DNA of 64,000 bases from the NCBI GenBank assembly GCA_963848295.1, contig CAWKDB010000001.1, positions 32,001 to 96,000 on the forward strand, given 5' to 3'. This stretch comes from an uncultured delta proteobacterium. GTDB taxonomy: Bacteria; Myxococcota_A; Polyangia; Haliangiales; Haliangiaceae. The notes beneath the pieces were generated by a model. It saw nothing but the letters and a program-made list of their open reading frames with translations. It ran no database searches and had not been told where the DNA came from. Within the stretch, counting starts at the first letter, position 1. Each line of letters begins with the position of its first letter. Below are positions 58,626-64,000 of this stretch, piece after piece. A program made the translations under genes and the position numbers.

Positions 58626-60554
58626 ATGCGTCGCCTGTCCACTGTTCTCGTCTTGCTCGCTATCGCCGCGCCCGTTTACGCGGAGGTGTCACCCGCCGTC
58701 ACCGATGCGGTGAAGAAGGTGAAGGCCGCCGACTATCCGAGCGCGAACGCGCTCACGATCCTCAGCGACCAGAACGTGGTGTTCCAGGCCGACGGCAAGT
58801 TCGTCATCACCGTCCACATCGCGCGGATGGCGCTGACCAATACCGGCACGCAGGAGATCGCCGCGACGACGAATGACTACGCGAAGGACGCCGAGAAGTT
58901 GGAGGTCCTGTCGGCGCAGGTCGTCAAGAAAGACGGCACGATCATCCCGGTCGACAAGAAAGACATCCAAGACGTCGAGCAGAGCGGCGACGCGAACATC
59001 TATGACCCCGAAGGTCGAGCCGTGAAGGTGACGTTCCACGGCATCGCGGTCGGCGACGCGGTCGACTACACGTACCGGCTCACCCGCTCGTTACCGACGC
59101 GCGACAACTACTGGAACGACACGTTTGGGTTCCAGTCGACCGAGCCGATGCTCGAGGCGAGCTACAACGTCGATGGTCCGACGTCGCTGCCGTTGACCGC
59201 CGAGGTCTATCACGGTGATCGCGGCGGTAAGATCACGTCGTCGAAGAAGACGGTCGGCGATCGCATCCACTATACGTGGTCGGTCACGAACGCGCCGCAG
59301 CTCATGCCGGAGATGGCGATGGATGCGAGCGTCGAGCTACCGATGCTCGTCGTGACGACCGATCCGAGCTGGCAGCACTTCTCGAAGTGGTGGGCCGATC
59401 TCACCGAGAAGCAGATGGTCGCGACCGACGAGCTCAAGGCTAAGGTCAAGGAGCTGACCAAGAACGCGAAGACCGACGACGACAAGATCAAGGCGCTCTA
59501 CGACTTCGTGGCCCAGGACATTCGCTACCGCGGCCTCGGCGTCGGCCCACGCACCGGCTACACGCCGCGCAAGGCGGCCGAGACGTACGCGTCGCGCTGG
59601 GGCGTGTGCCGCGACGTCTCGATCCTGCTGACGACGATGCTGCGCGCCGACGGCCTCGAGGCCTACCCGGTGCTGACGAATGTCGGTGACCCCGTGCTGC
59701 CGAAGATCGCGTACGACGGGTTCAATCACGCGATCGTCGCGATGCCGAAGAAAGGCGGCGGATGGAGCTACCTCGATCCGACCGCGAAGAACAACAACTC
59801 GCTGATCCCGGGCTACGAGGCGCAGCAAGACACGCTGGTGTCGACGCCGAAAGGCGAGCCGCTCACGCAGATCCCCGCGATCGATCCGTCGGCGAACCTC
59901 GGCCACGCGACCGCAACGACGGTGATCGCCGACGACGGCACCATGACGTCGAAGATCACGCTCCAGACCAAGGGCATGTTCGATCTGATCATCCGCTCGG
60001 TCGCGGCGATGGCGAGCGAGGACCAGCAGAAGGAAGCGGTCGAGCAGCTGCTGCGTAACACGCTGCCCGGCTCGCAACTCGTCTCGTACAGCATCTCGAG
60101 CGCGATCGCGTTGTGGAGCCCGATGCAGATCTCGTTCGAGATCAAGATGCCACACGCCGCGACGAAGACCGGCGACTACCGGTTGCTCCGTACGGTCGTG
60201 ACGTCCGGGGCGCTCGGCCTGGTCGAGAACATGGCGCCGCAGCTGCTCGGGTTGCAGTCGCGCAAGTACACGCTCGATTCGCACCTGACGTTCCAGTACG
60301 ACGAGGACGAGACCGTGAAGCTGCCGCCGTCCACCAAGGTGGTCGCGCTGCCCAACGACGCGAAGTCCGCGACGAAGGTCACGACCCTGGCCGCGACGTG
60401 CACCCAGCAGGACCCGACGACGATCACGTGTCACCGGACGTTTCAGCTCAAGAGTCGGTTTGTCGATCCCGACGAGTACAAGAACGTGCGCACCGCGCTC
60501 GCGTCGCTGTCTCAGGTCGCGCGTCAGCCGGTCATCCTTTCGGGAGTTAACTAA
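58626..60554 (+). CDS. Secreted DUF3857 + transglutaminase-like protein with intact triad
   Basis: AGGAGG RBS; signal peptide; GVCRD, FNHAI, YLDPT (Cys-His-Asp). Confidence 0.88.
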   Translation: MRRLSTVLVLLAIAAPVYAEVSPAVTDAVKKVKAADYPSANALTILSDQNVVFQADGKFVITVHIARMALTNTGTQEIAATTNDYAKDAEKLEVLSAQVVKKDGTIIPVDKKDIQDVEQSGDANIYDPEGRAVKVTFHGIAVGDAVDYTYRLTRSLPTRDNYWNDTFGFQSTEPMLEASYNVDGPTSLPLTAEVYHGDRGGKITSSKKTVGDRIHYTWSVTNAPQLMPEMAMDASVELPMLVVTTDPSWQHFSKWWADLTEKQMVATDELKAKVKELTKNAKTDDDKIKALYDFVAQDIRYRGLGVGPRTGYTPRKAAETYASRWGVCRDVSILLTTMLRADGLEAYPVLTNVGDPVLPKIAYDGFNHAIVAMPKKGGGWSYLDPTAKNNNSLIPGYEAQQDTLVSTPKGEPLTQIPAIDPSANLGHATATTVIADDGTMTSKITLQTKGMFDLIIRSVAAMASEDQQKEAVEQLLRNTLPGSQLVSYSISSAIALWSPMQISFEIKMPHAATKTGDYRLLRTVVTSGALGLVENMAPQLLGLQSRKYTLDSHLTFQYDEDETVKLPPSTKVVALPNDAKSATKVTTLAATCTQQDPTTITCHRTFQLKSRFVDPDEYKNVRTALASLSQVARQPVILSGVN

Positions 60555-62560
60555 TGAAGCGGTTCACCACGATCCTCGTCGCGTCGCTCGCCGCGACCTC
60601 CGCGTGCAAATCGAAAACCGACGGCGCGAAGGCGGACCACGCTGGCGCGGGAACCCAACCGGGGCCGGTGGCGAAGACCGACGCGCCCGCGGCCAAGGGC
60701 GATGACCTCGCGCAGATGGTCGCCCTCGCGAAGCGCGCAGATCTCGCGGCGTTCCCCCAGGCGGATGCGGTGCTCGGGCTCGACCGCGATGACATCACGC
60801 TCGCCGCCGACGGCACGGTCACGCATCACCACAAGTCGATCGTCAAGCTGCTCGATGCGCAACGCGGCAAAGAAAAGTTCGCCGACGTCCACGTACCGTT
60901 CGATACCAAGCGGCAGACGCTGACGATCGATGTCGCGCGCACGGTCAACGCCGATGGGCAGGCCCACGTCGCGGCTCCCGAAGAGATCGGCGACATCGTA
61001 CCGCCGCGACTCGCGGACGCCACGATGTACTCCGATGTCCGCGAGCGCGTCGTGTCGTTCCCCGCAGTCGACAAGGGCTCGGTCGTCGAGCTCGAATACA
61101 CGCGCACCACGAAGCCGAGCCCGGATTCGCCGCTAGGTGGCGAGGAGATGCTCGCGCAGTGGGACCCGTCGGATCAGCGCATCGTCACGATCACCGCGCC
61201 GGCGGGGATGACGCCGAAGTTCTCGGTCGTCGGCGACGACGTCAAGCCGGTCGAGTCGCAAGCGGCCGGTGGCAATCACACCTGGACGTTCACGATCGAC
61301 AAGGAGCCCGACCGTCACCCCGAAACCGGCTCGCTCGTCAAGGAAGCGGTGCTGCCGCGCCTCGTCTATAGCTTCGCGCCGAGCTGGGCGAAGGTGCTCG
61401 AGCCGATCGCGGGTCGGTTCCTCGAGGTCGCCGTGCCGGCCGCGATCCCCGCGAGCGTGAAGGCGGAGGCCGACCGGCTCGTCGCCGGTGCGAAGACCGA
61501 CAACGACAAGGCGCAGGCGCTGTTCAAGTTCGTCGCGCACGACATCCGATCGATCGACCTACCGCTCGGTTGGGCGGGCTACGAGCCACACGCGCCCGAC
61601 GTCGTGCTCGCGAATCGCTACGCCGACGCGCGCGACAAGGTGTGCTTGTTGCTCGCGCTCGCCGCGGCCGAAGGCCTGCACGGTAAGCCCGTGCTCGTGC
61701 GCACCGGCAAGGTTCAGGTCATCGAATCGGTGCCGACCGCCGCGCAGTTCGATCGGATGATCGCGACGCTCGACGTCGACGGCAAAGACCAATGGGTCGA
61801 TCCCGATGATCCGAACGGACAGTTCGGTCTCGCGTTCGCGGGGCAAGACAACCTCGTGTTGCCGATCGAGAAGGGCGGGGTCGAGCTCGGCCAGCGTCCC
61901 GCCCTCGATCCGTCGTCATCGATCTCGCACGTCACCGCGGCGTTCGCTCTGAACGCGAATGGCGACCTCGACGCGAAGTACAACTACGCGCTCTCGGGCT
62001 GGTACGCGGATCGCGCCAGCGACGAGCTTCGCGCGCTCAAGGGCGAGCCACTCGATCAGTTCTTCCAGCAATCGGCCGGGCACCTGTCGGGCAGCGCGGT
62101 CGACAAGGGACATCAGGTCGGCGACACGATGTCGGTGACCGGGCCGATCCAGCTGATGCAGCATGTCTCGGCGCCGGGCTATACGGCGACCCAGGCGAAC
62201 TTTCGCGTGGTCGAGCTGCCGCCGGTCACCCTCGGCGTCGCCGACGAGCTGCCGTCGGCCGGACTCAACACGCGCAAGTACCCGCTGTGGATCGGCACGC
62301 CGCGCACCGAGACGGGCGACATGACGCTGTCGGTGCCGGCCGGTTGGAAGATCGCGTACGTGCCGCCAAAGCTCGAGGGCTCGGCCGACGGAATCACCTA
62401 CACGTCCACCTGCGCGGTCAACGGCCAGAACGTGACCTGTCACGATCAGGTCGTGCTCGACAAGCTCGAGCTCGCCGTCGACAAGTACGCCCCGTTCCGC
62501 GAGGCGTTGACGAAGCTGCAGTCGTACGATCGGCGCGTCGTCTTGCTGACCAAAGCGTGA
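60554..62560 (+). CDS. Lipoprotein with DUF3857 + transglutaminase-like fold, triad degenerate
   Basis: Lipobox TSAC; ADARDK (Cys replaced by Ala), FDRMI (His replaced by Arg), WVDP. Confidence 0.8.
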   Translation: MKRFTTILVASLAATSACKSKTDGAKADHAGAGTQPGPVAKTDAPAAKGDDLAQMVALAKRADLAAFPQADAVLGLDRDDITLAADGTVTHHHKSIVKLLDAQRGKEKFADVHVPFDTKRQTLTIDVARTVNADGQAHVAAPEEIGDIVPPRLADATMYSDVRERVVSFPAVDKGSVVELEYTRTTKPSPDSPLGGEEMLAQWDPSDQRIVTITAPAGMTPKFSVVGDDVKPVESQAAGGNHTWTFTIDKEPDRHPETGSLVKEAVLPRLVYSFAPSWAKVLEPIAGRFLEVAVPAAIPASVKAEADRLVAGAKTDNDKAQALFKFVAHDIRSIDLPLGWAGYEPHAPDVVLANRYADARDKVCLLLALAAAEGLHGKPVLVRTGKVQVIESVPTAAQFDRMIATLDVDGKDQWVDPDDPNGQFGLAFAGQDNLVLPIEKGGVELGQRPALDPSSSISHVTAAFALNANGDLDAKYNYALSGWYADRASDELRALKGEPLDQFFQQSAGHLSGSAVDKGHQVGDTMSVTGPIQLMQHVSAPGYTATQANFRVVELPPVTLGVADELPSAGLNTRKYPLWIGTPRTETGDMTLSVPAGWKIAYVPPKLEGSADGITYTSTCAVNGQNVTCHDQVVLDKLELAVDKYAPFREALTKLQSYDRRVVLLTKA

Positions 62561-62643
62561 GCTGTCGGCGCACCGTGGTGATGCTGCGACAGTGGCATCA
62601 CGCGGTGCTGCGTAGTTAACGTGCCGGTCGCGAGGCACGCGCC

Positions 62644-63546
62644 GTGCACTTCGCGATCGCGGTGCGCCCGGTCTCGATCTCGATCGCGTGTGTGCTCGGA
62701 TGCGCGCATCAGCCGGCGACGATCGGCAGCGCGTGCGCGTCGCCTCGATGGCAAGAGCTGGCAGCGAGCACCGATACCGCGTTCGTCCCGGCCTCGCAGG
62801 CGCTCGTCGGCGCGGTCACGCTCGCGGGGCCGTCGCGATCGGCACCCGGGTTGCGGAGGATGACCTGGCTCGCGGGCACGCCGTTCGAGCCCGCGCGGTT
62901 TTCGCGGATGGCGATGGCCGTGCAACGCTCGTCGATCCGCGAGGGCTATCGCGATGCGCGGGTCGTCGCGCGCGCGGCCGGCCGCGAGCGAGCCGGGGCC
63001 GTCGACATCTGTGTCGCGGCCGCACTGGGTCCGCGCGTCCTGATCCGCGCGTTCCGGTTTCCCGGCCGTGCCGGCGTCGCCGAGCCCGAGCTGATCGCGG
63101 CGATCGCGAGCAAGGATGGCATCGATTCGATCGGCGGACCGTACGACGCCGACAAGCTCGACGCATCGCTCCACTCGATCGAAGAGGTGTATCTCGACCA
63201 CGGCTATCCGGCGATTCGCGTCGACCCGTCGCGCGTCCGCCGGGTCGGCGATGCGCTCGAGGTCGAGGTGCCGGTGCACGAAGGCAAACGGTTCAGGCTC
63301 GGGGCGCTGACCGAGACCAGTGCGTTCGGTCCGCTGCATGCGCCGCTCCGAGTCGCGACCGGCGACTGGTTCTCGCGCAAGGCTCTCCTCGCGGAGCGGC
63401 ACCGGCTCGCCGAGCTGACCGGCGCAGAGGTCGATCCGAACGTCGCGCTGGACTTCGATCGGGCCACGGTGTCGGTCGACTTCACGATCGAATGGGGGTC
63501 GCCGTGGGACGCGTTGCACGCGTTGCCGCTGCTGTCATCGCGCTGA
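62644..63546 (+). CDS. POTRA-domain protein without beta-barrel
   Basis: EGYRDARV, FPG......EL, YLDHGY, V.V.EG..F POTRA patterns; ends after about 3 units. Confidence 0.6.
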   Translation: MHFAIAVRPVSISIACVLGCAHQPATIGSACASPRWQELAASTDTAFVPASQALVGAVTLAGPSRSAPGLRRMTWLAGTPFEPARFSRMAMAVQRSSIREGYRDARVVARAAGRERAGAVDICVAAALGPRVLIRAFRFPGRAGVAEPELIAAIASKDGIDSIGGPYDADKLDASLHSIEEVYLDHGYPAIRVDPSRVRRVGDALEVEVPVHEGKRFRLGALTETSAFGPLHAPLRVATGDWFSRKALLAERHRLAELTGAEVDPNVALDFDRATVSVDFTIEWGSPWDALHALPLLSSR

Positions 63547-64000
63547 CCGCCTGCGGCGCCGTGGCTCGGCACCGACCGCCAGGGATCGTGCTCGGCGGGC
63601 AGGTGCCGGCGCAGTGTCAGCTCACCGGCGCGCTGTCGGTCGACGACGTCGACTTCGAGCGCTGCATGGGCTGGGCGCTCGATCGCGTGCTGATGGCGAC
63701 GGCGTATCGCTCGTACGACGACGCGGCGCTCACCGCCTATGTCTCCTCGGTTGGCGCGCGGCTCGTTGCGGCGAGCGGCAAACCGATCGCGGTCACGTTC
63801 CGCGTGATCGACGATCCCGATCCGGAGGCGTTCGCGAACCTCGGCGGGACGATCTACGTCGCGCGCGGCGCACTCGCCCGATTGCGCGACGAAGCGGAGC
63901 TCGCGGGCTTGCTCGGTCACGAGCTCGGCCACGAGCTCGCCGGTCACATGCGCGAGACGCTGTTCGAGGCGTTTCGCGAGGTCGAGCGCAGCCGCGAAGA
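63492..64000 (+). CDS. M48-family zinc metallopeptidase lipoprotein (3' end outside window; absent from ORF track)
   Basis: Lipobox LTAC; AFANLGGTIYV.RG, DEAELAGLLGHELGH (HExxH). Confidence 0.85.
   Translation, partial: MGVAVGRVARVAAAVIALTACGAVARHRPPGIVLGGQVPAQCQLTGALSVDDVDFERCMGWALDRVLMATAYRSYDDAALTAYVSSVGARLVAASGKPIAVTFRVIDDPDPEAFANLGGTIYVARGALARLRDEAELAGLLGHELGHELAGHMRETLFEAFREVERSRE

Overview
GC-rich (visually about 70%), gene-dense chromosomal window. The gene content (Ser/Thr kinase-PEGA pairs, a MYXO-CTERM-like tail, many lipoproteins, sigma54-like promoters) suggests a Myxococcota (Kofleriaceae/Haliangiales-like) bacterium; this is an inference. Housekeeping genes (class I fumarase, rlmN, ndk, sucCD, icd, mdh, eutBC/eutL) are widely spaced and interleaved with single accessory genes, mostly uncharacterised lipoproteins. 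I found no tRNA, rRNA, integrase, transposase or cas genes. Best leads: (1) a dispersed co-oriented set of two unknown proteins, a RavA-type MoxR ATPase, a vWA protein and a TPR/HEAT protein, resembling MoxR-vWA ternary systems; (2) a 191-bp diverged duplicate of the sucD 3' end flanking a single cargo gene, an S41-like pseudo-peptidase with a nearby paralogue; (3) two separate direct-repeat pairs sharing GGGGACG-N9-TTGTCA(A/C)C; (4) ethanolamine ammonia-lyase with a lone EutL shell gene and a putative encapsulation peptide; (5) a protein carrying an RNA polymerase alpha-CTD-like domain. Two apparent frameshifts (sucC, 55100-55713) and a possible third (MoxR start) may be sequencing errors. 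Start codons were chosen by eye and family calls come from motif recognition, not database searches.
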